64,000 nucleotides of DNA from a virus (lineage: Duplodnaviria; Caudoviricetes). The notes under the pieces were generated by a model. That model ran no database searches. It was not told the DNA's origin and was given only the letters and a program-made list of their open reading frames with translations. Within the stretch, counting starts at the first letter, position 1. Each line of letters opens with the position of its first letter. Below are positions 40,167 through 50,975 of the stretch, one piece after another. The position numbers and the translations under genes are program-made. The stretch is from IMG/VR virus record IMGVR_UViG_3300032281_000616, positions 128,001-192,000 of that record; one strand, 5' to 3'.

Positions 40167-40597
40167 TTTCTACGTTTGAGTAACAATAGAGTTCCTAATA
40201 CACCACATAAAAAGGTAGTAGGTTCTGGAACACAAGATGGACTCCATACCGAATCTTTGAATACCTTCTTACCATTATCTATTTCAACCTTTTGCATTTC
40301 TGGTGCATTATCTGAATAAAAGCCAAATATCAGATACTCCTCTTTCTTATACTTGATATCATCAAATTCTATGTAATCTTTACCGTATTCTAATTCGTAT
40401 CGGTAATTTGTATATAGATCATATAGATCACATGAATCACATAGGTCTAAAGTAATTGTGTCAATATCCCTCTTATCAATCGATGCATCTACGATATATT
40501 CGTAATGGTATTTCGAACCATCAAATCCAACTGTGGAAGTGATATAAGATTGAGCTTGAGCCAAGCTAATCATCATTATTGCTAATAGTATCTTCAT
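40163..40597 (-). CDS. secreted PEP-CTERM sorting-domain protein
   Basis: Signal peptide MKILLAIMMISLAQA; C-terminal VPEPTTFLCGVLGTLLLLKRRK; TATAAATA at 40603-40610. Confidence 0.8.
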   Translation of the reverse strand: MKILLAIMMISLAQAQSYITSTVGFDGSKYHYEYIVDASIDKRDIDTITLDLCDSCDLYDLYTNYRYELEYGKDYIEFDDIKYKKEEYLIFGFYSDNAPEMQKVEIDNGKKVFKDSVWSPSCVPEPTTFLCGVLGTLLLLKRRK

Positions 40598-40605
40598 ATT
40601 GTTAT

Positions 40606-41070
40606 TTATAAAATCCAGTCTGGTTTTTCTCGGTTTGTCCATTTAAACAAATGTTTTTTTTCATTCAAATAATACGACCTGTAACTCGTTACAGGATCTT
40701 CTGTTTTATATTGGTCCGGCATAGCCAAAGCAAAAGGCGTCATTCCAACTTTAGGAAAAGATAATAGGTGTCTATTTTCTTCAACCCATTTGAGCAGAAG
40801 AGAACTTTTATGAACCTTATCGTATCGAATGATATTTTCTACACTTAAAGCCATTATATAGTCGATAACATATTGAAAGTTATCTTTTGATGTTCTTGTA
40901 AAAATGGCACAAGGATGATTTTGATGAGTGCAAGCGTATGGTGCTTTTACACCTTGTAGGTGAAAAGTTGTGCATATCAATTGTGTCGCCTCTAATAACA
41001 TTTTCATGTGTCTATCCACATGATAAGATGCTGATTTTTCTAAACAATCATCTAAAATAAACAAATTCAT
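40606..41070 (-). CDS. denV: pyrimidine-dimer DNA glycosylase (DenV-like)
   Basis: MNLFILD..L..SA.YH.D.H.KMLLEATQL.CT, THQNHPC. Confidence 0.75.
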   Translation of the reverse strand: MNLFILDDCLEKSASYHVDRHMKMLLEATQLICTTFHLQGVKAPYACTHQNHPCAIFTRTSKDNFQYVIDYIMALSVENIIRYDKVHKSSLLLKWVEENRHLLSFPKVGMTPFALAMPDQYKTEDPVTSYRSYYLNEKKHLFKWTNREKPDWIL

Positions 41071-41077
41071 GAATAAA

Positions 41078-41449
41078 TTATTCTTTAGTATATAATAGTT
41101 CTGAATGTTCGTGTATATTTCCAATCACAACATTGTGTTCTTGAGCCATAGATATCCATTTAGCATCTTCGTTATCGTATTCTAAAGGACTCACATAATA
41201 AATACCAAAAGTATCAAATCCAACAACTCCCACACTTGGACCATAATTTAGATCGATGCTCGACACAACATCACCTTCATAAATCTCTTTACCATTCTTA
41301 TCCTTTAGACCAGTGTATTGTTGAATGTTACCGTGTTCAACATCATTGATGATGTCCCAAAATTTATAATTATCGAATCCAGCATCGTGATCGTAATACA
41401 TGAATTTTTCATTATCTAAATCATAAACCCTAACTTTAAATTCTCTCAT
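41078..41449 (-). CDS. YopX family protein
   Basis: MREFKVRVYD..QQYTGLKDKNGKEIYEGDVV..VIGNIHE. Confidence 0.85.
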   Translation of the reverse strand: MREFKVRVYDLDNEKFMYYDHDAGFDNYKFWDIINDVEHGNIQQYTGLKDKNGKEIYEGDVVSSIDLNYGPSVGVVGFDTFGIYYVSPLEYDNEDAKWISMAQEHNVVIGNIHEHSELLYTKE

Positions 41450-41470
41450 GTGTGTATTATTCTTTAGTGT

Positions 41471-44087
41471 TTAATGTTTACTATTCTTCCAAACAGTATC
41501 AAATTCTTTTTGACTCATCCACCAAATATGTTCAATTTCTGGATTACCCGGATTGGTTTCGTTTGTCCAAATAGAATATCCATCACCATTTAAGATTAAC
41601 AGATATGGATAACCTTCTGGAGGATTTTCTAAAGAATATTCTTCAGAATGACATAATTGACAACCTTCACCATCGGACCACGACCACTCACATTGATAAA
41701 ATTCTGGAAGAGGACTGTCTTCGTAGAATAGACTTCTATCTGTTTTGATACAAAGAATATACTCTCCATCTTTTGGGAGACTTTGTTTTGTCGATTTAAA
41801 TTCTAGTTTCATATTATCGTTTAATAGCTTCGTTGATGATTTTCAAATCTGATACTGAAATACAAAATGTTGAGAGATTACCTTTGCATTCTTTCGAATG
41901 AAATGATACACCGGGATCATAAGCATGGACTACAAACCCTAAAGATTCCATAGGCTCAAATAAAGCATACCACTCATTCAATGCTTGAAATATTGGTTTG
42001 TATTCCCCATCTGGTGTTCTCATCGTTTCCATGACAATATAATATTTTAGTGTTTAATCATCAGCTTTTATCCTAAGCTCATAATCATTTTTATCTAAAT
42101 GTTTTTGAACAATAGAAACTACTTCGATTGCTAATGGTGTGACTCCGATATCTGTAACTTGTTTTTTGTTTCTTAATATCACACCTGATATATCATCAAC
42201 CATATCCATTGTCCAATCTACATCTATTGGTAATAATTTGGTTCGTATATCAATCATTAATTTCTGTATCTGGTAGTTTCCAATTCTTAAGTTCCTTTTC
42301 ATTGAGAGAACGAATATGCTTCGCATCAATGAAACGCTTCACATTTTTATTATTCTCTTTAATGGTATACTTGATATAATTATAACCTCTTTTAAAGGGA
42401 CTATATTTTCCATCAAGTTCCCACCAAGTATCAATACCCATATCGGTTGATGCTTTGAAAAATAATCCTTTATCTTTGAAGACAACAAATCCCTCATTGA
42501 AAGTCACGCGAGTCTTTGGATCTCTGATTCTACCCGAAAACCATCTAGATTTACTACGCTCACAAAGAATACCATTATGAACATAAAATCCACTCACTTC
42601 TTGAGCCCCCCAAAAACCATTAGAATAAATCTTACCATCCTGTTCGAAAGTATGGAGTTCAACCTTCCACTTCATACTCTCCTCATGTCCAACCTTCTTA
42701 ACAATTTCGGAATAGACATCATCCCATTTTTTTCCAAGATTCATTCGAAGAAATCGATCAAATGCATTAGAAAAATATTTACCCCGATAAACCAAGTTAC
42801 TCTTTCCTTTAGATGGAAGTTCATCCAATCGGTCTTCATCTTTGATCTGATGAATTTTAGGATTCTTTTTGATCATATCGAAATCATAGCGCGATTGATC
42901 ACCTTTCAAAAAGTCTTTCTTCTTATGTTTATCGGGGCGCATATTGATATTATAGCTTAGTGTTTTATCAAAATTCTATGTAAGCGTAATTGTTTGTTAT
43001 TTTCCTCTTCTTTGCTGTTTCTGATATATCTCTTAGATACTTCACACATACATTATCATTAGGGAATCCTGTTATACCTTGAAGAACAATCTCACCGTTT
43101 TCTGATACTTTACCGAAGCACATTAATTCAGGATGTTCATATAACATCACCGTTATTTTACTGGTATTTGGTTCTAGTTGAAGGTTACATCCTTCTCCAC
43201 ACGATTCACTTAAATGATAATAATCGACAGCATCAAAATTAGCCCACCCATCAATAAAATGAGATTTCTTAACATTTAAAATATCAAAGTTTTTCATGGA
43301 TGGGTATATGGGGTGAATCTATTGATTATAGATTCACCCCTCCTAAAATTAGAAACTATGAAACTTAGAATTCCTAAGCTCAATACATAGATCACGAGTA
43401 TCTACATTAACCCACTCAGCCAAATGCTGATTCTTACGGATTAGAACTCTATTCATACCACCAACCAATCGAAAACTTGAGTCTGGGTTTCGTTCCACTG
43501 TAATATTATACAGTTTACGTGTCTTGAGTTGATCTGGATTTCGCATCCAAACCTTATCCTTACGGTTGCTTCTTTTCATTGTATTATTTGTCTTTATTGT
43601 TTGTCTTTTCATAATTCTACGTCTCTTGTTCTTCCCGGACCATTTTCAAGAAAATCTTCGACAGCAACCATATCATCTAAATCAGATAATTTTTGTTTTA
43701 GTTTATGATTTTCTTTCAATAACTCATCCAAGACCACCTGATCCGGGTTTTGGTCTTTTACTTTATTCACTTCATCTACATGTTTATCAATTTTATTGAA
43801 CAACATTTCCGCTTTTTCCGCTACTTCTTTCATAAATTCTCAGAAGACCTGATTCTAACACGCCTTCCGCTGGAGTCAATAACCCAGAATGATTTTTGTG
43901 GGGATTCCAAAAATTCATCAATAGCTATCTCATCCTGTAGATCTTCTATTTCTTCAATTAGATTGTCTACTTCCTTTTTATAGTCTATTGGAGGATAAAC
44001 TAACTCAAAGGAGTCGATACTTTTTTCTATATCGAGCTTCTTTTTGAGAAGTTCTTTATATTTCTGCTCGTAATCTTCTTGAAGCAT
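41471..44087 (-). CDS. block of hypothetical genes (41471..41812, 41814..42032, 42054..42329, 42250..42942, 42968..43297, 43349..43612, 43609..43833, 43830..44087)
   Basis: Abutting minus-strand ORFs, two with the promoter motif. Confidence 0.7.
43310..43340 (-). terminator. 13-bp perfect hairpin
   Basis: GGGGTGAATCTAT-tgatt-ATAGATTCACCCC between genes. Confidence 0.55.
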
Positions 44088-44746
44088 TAGTGTGTCCTAT
44101 TGTGGTCAAGGATGCGTATCGATTTTGTAGACATCACATCTTCAATCTCTGAATACGTCCAAACATCATTCTTATAATCCCAACCAAGATCCAATCCTTT
44201 TTGATCTGCTGATTCTGGTCTACGTCCTTTATCTTGCATATGAGAATGACCAGACAGCATCCATGAGCCTCTAGCGTCTCCTACCCATATCCTCAATGGA
44301 AAATGATTCATGATAATCTGCTGTTTACCAATCCAGATTTCTTGATGATTACCAAGAAATACTACATTATTCATGCGAAGAGGATAAATTTCAATATCAT
44401 CTCTTCCGAATTGTTTGATCATTTCTTGCTTATAGAGACGATACATTTGTGATTCATGATTACCGAAAAGCATCATGATATTTTGACACTTGATGCTATT
44501 CAACCAACCAATCACTTCTCCATCGGTAGCCGACAGAAAGCTATCTCCAAGAATCCATAAGATTTGATTCTCTCCAACCTTAGCATTGATCTTCTCTCTG
44601 ACATCATTATAAGATTCTTCTGGTGAGTTGTAACCCCTCATCTTCCAAATAGGAACTGGCCAACTTGGATCATGATAATTATGAAAATCTGTAGACCAGA
44701 AATGATCGTTTCGATTTTCGTATTTGTATTTTAGTATCTTATACAT
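44087..44746 (-). CDS. calcineurin-like metallophosphoesterase
   Basis: TDFH, LGDSF, GNHE, NHFP, GHSH. Confidence 0.85.
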   Translation of the reverse strand: MYKILKYKYENRNDHFWSTDFHNYHDPSWPVPIWKMRGYNSPEESYNDVREKINAKVGENQILWILGDSFLSATDGEVIGWLNSIKCQNIMMLFGNHESQMYRLYKQEMIKQFGRDDIEIYPLRMNNVVFLGNHQEIWIGKQQIIMNHFPLRIWVGDARGSWMLSGHSHMQDKGRRPESADQKGLDLGWDYKNDVWTYSEIEDVMSTKSIRILDHNRTH

Positions 44747-44975
44747 TCTCTATTTCTTTAATGATTTCGTCAATCCCTTGAATGATTGTAACGTTTTCTC
44801 CATCCTCAACAACTAAGCGAGGGACAGATCTAATTTCATGTTTAGTGAAAAAATCCCTGTCCCCAGCCAAGCTATAATCCTTCACCTCTACCTCTAGACC
44901 AAGTTTGGATAGCTTAGATTTAAGCATCGAACATGGTCCACATGAGGGAGATATACATAAGGTATTTTTTTTCAT
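44739..44975 (-). CDS. glutaredoxin/thioredoxin-like protein
   Basis: SPSCGPC and RSVPRLV. Confidence 0.8.
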   Translation of the reverse strand: MKKNTLCISPSCGPCSMLKSKLSKLGLEVEVKDYSLAGDRDFFTKHEIRSVPRLVVEDGENVTIIQGIDEIIKEIENV

Positions 44976-45153
44976 ACCCACAAATGGTAACACACCCAAA
45001 GGTGAAGTCAAGGTAAAAATAAACCCACTGTGCTTGAGATAGTCTTATTGTCCACGCGACCTTCGGACAACTCCTGCACTCGTTTGATTACTTTACCCAT
45101 ATCCTTCTTAGAAGTTGCTCCTAATTCTAGGATTGTGTTCTTAACCATCATAA

Positions 45154-45390
45154 TCAATTTTCTCCCTCCATTTTATAAATTTCATCCGACAAACTATCAT
45201 ATAAATGAATAAGTCTTTTGCTTACACAATTCTCATCATGTTTAATATCACTAATAGAATTCATACTACGATTTCGACAAAATATACAAGTATTTGTTAA
45301 ATCCCACATACCAGATGTTTCAATATAATTGTAATTATTGGATATACTATCAACAACATCTCTCAAATCTTCTAAATCTTGTATGAACAT
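45154..45390 (-). CDS. hypothetical Zn-binding protein
   Basis: CIFC...H..NC; promoter motif at exact spacing. Confidence 0.65.
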   Translation of the reverse strand: MFIQDLEDLRDVVDSISNNYNYIETSGMWDLTNTCIFCRNRSMNSISDIKHDENCVSKRLIHLYDSLSDEIYKMEGEN

Positions 45391-45412
45391 ACTCGTATTA
45401 TATCTTAGTGTT

Positions 45413-46483
45413 TTATAATTCTGATTCTATTGCAGATTTGATAAGCTTATCTTCCACTACCTTGTTGTCTAGGGTAACGAACCCGTAGGATTCCCGCCAA
45501 TCTTGCCAGTGTTGCATGATACACATAGCTTGATCCTTTCGAGTGAATGAATCACCTCTGATACCATCGATGACATGATCAACCTTCTTCATCTTTTCTA
45601 AGACTTTATTGTAAGCAGTAACGATCTTGAACATATCATCTTTGATTTTCTCAGCTATCTCAAAATCCATAGTGAATTTTACAAAATTATAAAAATCCTC
45701 ATATTTTGTAAACTTCTCAGTAGTCATAAACAAATCGAGAACTTGGTTAATATTCTTGATACCAGTAGCGAGTGAATGTAGAGATAAATATAAGTCCGCT
45801 TTAATCTTCTTAAGTGTATTTCCATCTGGTGAATATAAAACTACACCCTCCGCGTGTTCCCACACTTTAATATCCATAATACACTCTTCCACTGTTTTGT
45901 AGTGATATCTTTTTGGTCGAGATATATTCCATTTCTGAGCATATGAATCAACCTCGTCCTGTGGAAACATTATAGCAGTCTCATTATCTACGATTGCTAG
46001 TAATGTTAATGTTGGTATATTGTGTTCTCTCAAAACAATAATCCTACTTGGTCCAGTGTGTTCAAAGATTACAGAATGTTTACCATCTCTAACGAAGTTC
46101 TTAATATCTGGATAAAATTCGATCAACTTATGGACTTCTGGACCCGTTTCTTGAGTAAAAACCGATTCAACTCCTCTTGTTCTCAAAATCATTTGATTAT
46201 TGTGACATGAAAATATAATTGTCGATCCATCAATCTTATGCAATGCTTGAACGGGCCAAGAATGATCCCATGATTGAAATTCAGGATCTTCATGCCAATT
46301 TTTAAATTTAGGCAACGATTGAGAAAGAACCTTATTATCTGACTTACGAACGATGCATGAACGAAATCGTGCATTTTCATCAGTCCACTTACAACCAATA
46401 TGGTTCGGGGTGATAAGCCAGCAATCATCTCCTGCGATAACACAGTCTTTGTAAGTGAATTCTTCAGTCGTTGGTAGCTTCAT
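45413..46483 (-). CDS. RNA ligase, T4 Rnl1-like
   Basis: SLPKFKN, motif I HKIDGS, ILRTRG, FEHTGP, EGVV, LKKIK. Confidence 0.8.
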   Translation of the reverse strand: MKLPTTEEFTYKDCVIAGDDCWLITPNHIGCKWTDENARFRSCIVRKSDNKVLSQSLPKFKNWHEDPEFQSWDHSWPVQALHKIDGSTIIFSCHNNQMILRTRGVESVFTQETGPEVHKLIEFYPDIKNFVRDGKHSVIFEHTGPSRIIVLREHNIPTLTLLAIVDNETAIMFPQDEVDSYAQKWNISRPKRYHYKTVEECIMDIKVWEHAEGVVLYSPDGNTLKKIKADLYLSLHSLATGIKNINQVLDLFMTTEKFTKYEDFYNFVKFTMDFEIAEKIKDDMFKIVTAYNKVLEKMKKVDHVIDGIRGDSFTRKDQAMCIMQHWQDWRESYGFVTLDNKVVEDKLIKSAIESEL

Positions 46484-47604
46484 ACTCAGCATTATGGTTT
46501 AGTGTTTTATCAAGTAACACCACCGTTTTATTATCTACCCAATAATACTCTTGAGCATTTTCGTCAACAAATCTGTTCCATGCTTCTTGTAAATAATCTG
46601 GTGTATTGGGAATTTTTGGGTAATCTTCGCCAATTTCACCGATATTCTCAAAATGCCTTGAAATCATTTCATCTAAATCACAACCATTGATAGTGTAATG
46701 TTTAGTAGATCCCATTACATACTCTGGAAGAGGATAATCATAATCCCAACAATCTCTAAGATCATCTACACCACCATAATAGAAAGTGTCCCCATCAAAG
46801 ACAGGTTGCCAATAATCGGCTTCATCTACCTTTATAGCACTATCATAGATTCTCTTATCCCTAGCCTCACAATAGGCATTCATAGCCTTGGAATTACACA
46901 TTTTAACCTCTTCTTGTGATAGATATTTCTCAAGAACTTGTTTTTGCCAATATTCCATTGTATATTTGGGAACTTTATCAATACCATCTTGTGCAATAAA
47001 AGATGATTGTGTTTCAGGATTGAATGCGATATTTTTATACTTTACCCCATCCTTCAACTCTGGATTAATCCAATTATTAACGACTTTAAGAATCTCTTCC
47101 CATCTCTCTTCAGAGAAGAGTGGTTGAAAATATTCCAGAGGATAATTTGTTAGTTGAATATAGTTCCCGAGTTTATTGTTTTTCATACTTAGCCTTCAAT
47201 TCTTCTAATTTTTTACGTTCTGCTGCTTCTTGTGCAGCCGCTTCTTCTTTATCCCAGATATCTTTCCATTTCTTCCACTCTTTCAACTCTTCGGAATGTT
47301 TTTTCTTATCTTTATTATATTTTCTTAATTCAGATTTATAGTTTGGATTCTCGATATCCTCTTCTGAAAATTCGATCAAATATGCTTCGATAGATGGAAT
47401 ATCTGATGGATAATAACAACACCCATAATCGTGATCTAAAGACAGTTTATATCGTCTACCTTCTTCAAAGATCAATTCGTCTCCATCACTCACTCTAACC
47501 TTAGATAATTCACTATATGCTGGGATAGTTTTATTCGGTTTTTGTGTGAGTAATTTAGGCGGCCAAGTAGCACGAAACCACTTTGGATATTTAGATTTAG
47601 CCAT
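46464..47604 (-). CDS. two hypothetical proteins (46464..47186, 47173..47604)
   Basis: Long abutting ORFs between ligase and kinase. Confidence 0.7.
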
Positions 47605-47606
47605 AC

Positions 47607-48008
47607 TTATCGTAGTTTAAGATTTTCTCTAATGGTTTTCTCTTGGCGTTTCAGAGTTTCCTCTGGTACCGAGTGTACATCCCTACCACCGTGCCTATTT
47701 TCAAGCACAATAAAGGTCACAATGAACCCAAGATCTTCAGCTTGTTTCACATACTTGTTCCAATCAGAGGGTTTAGCATTTACATTAGCGATGATGATAT
47801 CCTTATCGGTTCCCAAAGCATCAACAAATTTGTTCCAACAATATCCATGAGCTTTCCCAAGACCCTCGGGATACCACTTATAATTACCTCCCTTATCAGT
47901 GAAGTAATCATCAGCACAGCATACTAAGGCATCAGGAAAAAGATTACAAAAAGTAGTCTTACCCGCTCCAGATACACCCCGAAGTACAATTAAATTTCTT
48001 TGTTTCAT
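47607..48008 (-). CDS. P-loop polynucleotide kinase-like protein
   Basis: LIVLRGVSGAGKTT, CADDYF, HSVPEETL. Confidence 0.85.
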   Translation of the reverse strand: MKQRNLIVLRGVSGAGKTTFCNLFPDALVCCADDYFTDKGGNYKWYPEGLGKAHGYCWNKFVDALGTDKDIIIANVNAKPSDWNKYVKQAEDLGFIVTFIVLENRHGGRDVHSVPEETLKRQEKTIRENLKLR

Positions 48009-48009
48009 A

Positions 48010-48617
48010 TTATCGATTCCTTTTAGCTTTTGCTTTCTCTTGCCTAATCAACTTAGCTTCTTGCTTATTTGGAATATGTTCTCTGGTTGATAAGACTTCT
48101 TTCAATCTATCAAAATAATTACTATAGAGTTGTAAAGAAATTTCTGCTTCTTCTAAAAGATATCGTCTATCCTCTGCAACACCTTCCGCCTTTGTTTTAT
48201 AGGCACGGATAGTCTCAAAATAAGACATCAATTCTCTTGTATTCCATTTTTCAATCTCTTCTATAGGATACTCATTCCAACATTCTCTTTTTGACATAAT
48301 TTTATTATACTCTAGTGTTTAATAATTTCTATTTTAGTTTCCTCGGTCACTTTAGCCTTTTTATTATACAACAAATCACCATGTATATTGAACCACCAGA
48401 TACCCATAGATTCTTGAAGAGGGTATTCGTCTTCTTCATTGTATGGAAGCTCATCATAAGCTTCGTATGCGGCATCTAATCCATCCTTTTCAAAGACATC
48501 GATGACTTTAATCAACGCATCCCGATACTTCTTTTTCTTAAAGATTCTACGGATTCTATTTCTCTCCTCTTCGGGGTCGAATTCAATTGTAGTTACCTTA
48601 GTCTTGATTATTTTCAT
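48010..48617 (-). CDS. two hypothetical proteins (48010..48297, 48312..48617)
   Basis: Abutting ORFs. Confidence 0.7.
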
Positions 48618-48787
48618 TTATGTGAATTATATGCCTTTTCTAAACCGTTCGTTGAGTCTTCTTTGGTTTTACCTATAACAGATATACCTAAAGGTTGATA
48701 ATATGCTATCCAAAAGGATTCAGCTTCTAAATATCTGATATCTTTCGCTATTTCAGAAAAATCTGGTAAAGTCTTTTTATCTGTCAT
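48614..48787 (-). CDS. 57-aa HicB-like antitoxin-fold protein, not in ORF track
   Basis: EAESFWIAYYQPLGISVIGKTKEDSTNGLEKAY; stop overlaps the next ATG (ATGA). Confidence 0.45.
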   Translation of the reverse strand: MTDKKTLPDFSEIAKDIRYLEAESFWIAYYQPLGISVIGKTKEDSTNGLEKAYNSHK

Positions 48788-48788
48788 A

Positions 48789-48836
48789 TTATCGCAATTC
48801 TATGGTTTTTGGCCAATCTGGAAATACTGATCCGTT
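48789..48836 (-). pseudogene. stranded original 3' end of the 2H phosphoesterase gene
   Basis: NGSVFPDWPKTIELR* versus functional NSAYPSWPKTIEIR. Confidence 0.8.
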
Positions 48837-49812
48837 ATTCTTTTTTCCAAAGGAAACCTTTGTAATGTTTTTTTGTTCCAGCAAAAACCGCTGATATTGG
48901 AGAAAAATTGAACATATTAAAATATTTTTTAATTTCTGTTGAAGTTTCCCAAACCTTTATCAAGTTCCCTGACATATCATATTGACCAATGTTGCGAAGT
49001 ATCAACTTATCTGGATTGCTCATTTTTTGTCTACTTTCACATATTCTAGTTTTTATATAATCAACTATCTCTCTTTTGGTTTTCTTTTCATATGAAAAGA
49101 AATATCCTTTATATGAAATATTCTTACCCATAGCAACATGAGATATACTACAAATACTTTTAAGATTTAGTGCATCAGCACAACTCCTAGCATCTTTCCA
49201 TATTCCCACAAAACACCCATCCAACATGTATGCGTATACATTTTTCCGCCTATAATCTCCATTTTTTGGAATTATATTGTAGTCTTTTAAAATTTTTAAA
49301 ACTACACTATGACTCAATCCCAATTCCCTCGAAACACCCAAAGCATTTTTGGTTTCTTTATAAAGCTTAAGAACATCGATTTCGTAAGGTTCCCTTTTCT
49401 TTCTTTTTGTTATATTTGTCTTTTCTATGATAGACTTGGAGACTTTATAACCGACATTACTTTCTGCGGTGGGTCTAGAATTGTAACCATTATTACAACT
49501 ATCGTATTTGGTAATATAAAACGTCTCCATCTCTATTATATTCCCACCATCGCAAGAATCTATGATTTCGAATGTAAGATTTTCTCCGCCATACTTATTA
49601 TAAGCATATTGTAATTTTTTCGAATAATGTATTCCCAATTTAAGTAAATCAGCGTGTTTACCCCATCTAGTTCTAATTCCGTAATAACTACCTTTCCGAA
49701 TACTCGCAGAACTTCCTATATAAACTTTATTAGATGTTGAATTAATAAATGTTAATTTATATACGCCTGTAGTAACTGGCCAACTTTTCCTATCTTGTAA
49801 TGTGTATACCAC
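48835..49812 (-). CDS. GIY-YIG homing endonuclease with NUMOD1-like repeats
   Basis: GVYKL..KVYIGSS; repeated VYAY.LDG.FVG.W / GQYD.SG.LIKVW. Confidence 0.88.
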   Translation of the reverse strand: MVYTLQDRKSWPVTTGVYKLTFINSTSNKVYIGSSASIRKGSYYGIRTRWGKHADLLKLGIHYSKKLQYAYNKYGGENLTFEIIDSCDGGNIIEMETFYITKYDSCNNGYNSRPTAESNVGYKVSKSIIEKTNITKRKKREPYEIDVLKLYKETKNALGVSRELGLSHSVVLKILKDYNIIPKNGDYRRKNVYAYMLDGCFVGIWKDARSCADALNLKSICSISHVAMGKNISYKGYFFSYEKKTKREIVDYIKTRICESRQKMSNPDKLILRNIGQYDMSGNLIKVWETSTEIKKYFNMFNFSPISAVFAGTKKHYKGFLWKKE

Positions 49813-49816
49813 AATA

Positions 49817-50278
49817 CTATTTAGTCATTGTGGTAGCATTTTTTTCTCTAATTTCGATAGTTTTTGGCCAACTGGGATAAGCTGAATTAAATTTTCCATT
49901 CGCTATAGTCAAATGAATTCCTTTAAATCTTTCACCATCTACAACTTCAACCTTCTTCTTGATCTTATCTAGTTCTTGCGAATACACTCTAAGGTAATAC
50001 ATTAAGAATCCCTTGGTATAACCACCTTCAACAATGTTCTCATCATAATCAAACTCGATAGTTTTACCACGATAATACATAGCTTTCTCCCAGTTGATTT
50101 TCTTGTTAAATTTTTGAGAATATAAAGTGATATGAGCCCCGTGCATTGGTCTGTTCATTCTGATCCAATACTTACGCTGAATAAACCAATAATAAAGCTC
50201 AACAAGATCTTGAGAAACATCAAGAACCATACGACCTTTGTGTGGTTGAACATTTATAACTCCAGACGCCTTTAACAT
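49817..50278 (-). CDS. 2H phosphoesterase
   Basis: Two HxT motifs: GAHITL and IHLTI. Confidence 0.7.
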   Translation of the reverse strand: MLKASGVINVQPHKGRMVLDVSQDLVELYYWFIQRKYWIRMNRPMHGAHITLYSQKFNKKINWEKAMYYRGKTIEFDYDENIVEGGYTKGFLMYYLRVYSQELDKIKKKVEVVDGERFKGIHLTIANGKFNSAYPSWPKTIEIREKNATTMTK

Positions 50279-50303
50279 GTCTAAATTGTAATCTAGTGTT
50301 TAA

Positions 50304-50852
50304 TCAAGTCCAAAGTGATTGTCTAAGTCTAACGATACCCATCATAGCCCATGTATCTTTCTCTTCAATCAAAGCCTCCAAACGATGAACTTCGGCATAT
50401 GCATCCTTGTAAGATTTACCATAAATTTGTTCACATGTTCTCATTTGATATACTTTATTCCCATCTTTATCAATTTCATCAATATGATCAAAGAAATTAC
50501 CACCATCAAGAGGTTTAGGATATGACACATCCAACTCTTTTTGGAGTTGTGGTCTAATGTTTTTAATGTAGTCATAAATCTCCTCTAGTTCCTTTCTGAT
50601 TGGTTCTCTGATAAGTCTCCAATCTTCAGATTCTCCTGTATATCTCTCACCCCAAATCGACTCCAATCCTTCTTCATCTTCCACGAAATTCACAAGTATT
50701 TCAAAAAGAATAATGGGAATAAGCTCTACCTTATCACAAAAATGATTTGGGATTTTTTTGATTAACCATTTTTGTCTTGGATTAAACCAATCTCGAATAT
50801 TATAAAATTGTTCTTTCCACCAATAGCTATTTGTAATAGTTCTACGCTTCAT
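50304..50852 (-). CDS. hypothetical protein
   Basis: 182-aa ORF ending at the motif. Confidence 0.7.
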   Translation of the reverse strand: MKRRTITNSYWWKEQFYNIRDWFNPRQKWLIKKIPNHFCDKVELIPIILFEILVNFVEDEEGLESIWGERYTGESEDWRLIREPIRKELEEIYDYIKNIRPQLQKELDVSYPKPLDGGNFFDHIDEIDKDGNKVYQMRTCEQIYGKSYKDAYAEVHRLEALIEEKDTWAMMGIVRLRQSLWT

Positions 50853-50975
50853 ATAATAATTCTAATTTATTAATCTCCTTTAAAACCTCATCTTTTGTCA
50901 TATTAAACAAATTGTATACTGGAATTTTGTAGTGATTAGCTACGCGAATAGCTTGACTCATAACCGTATGATATC

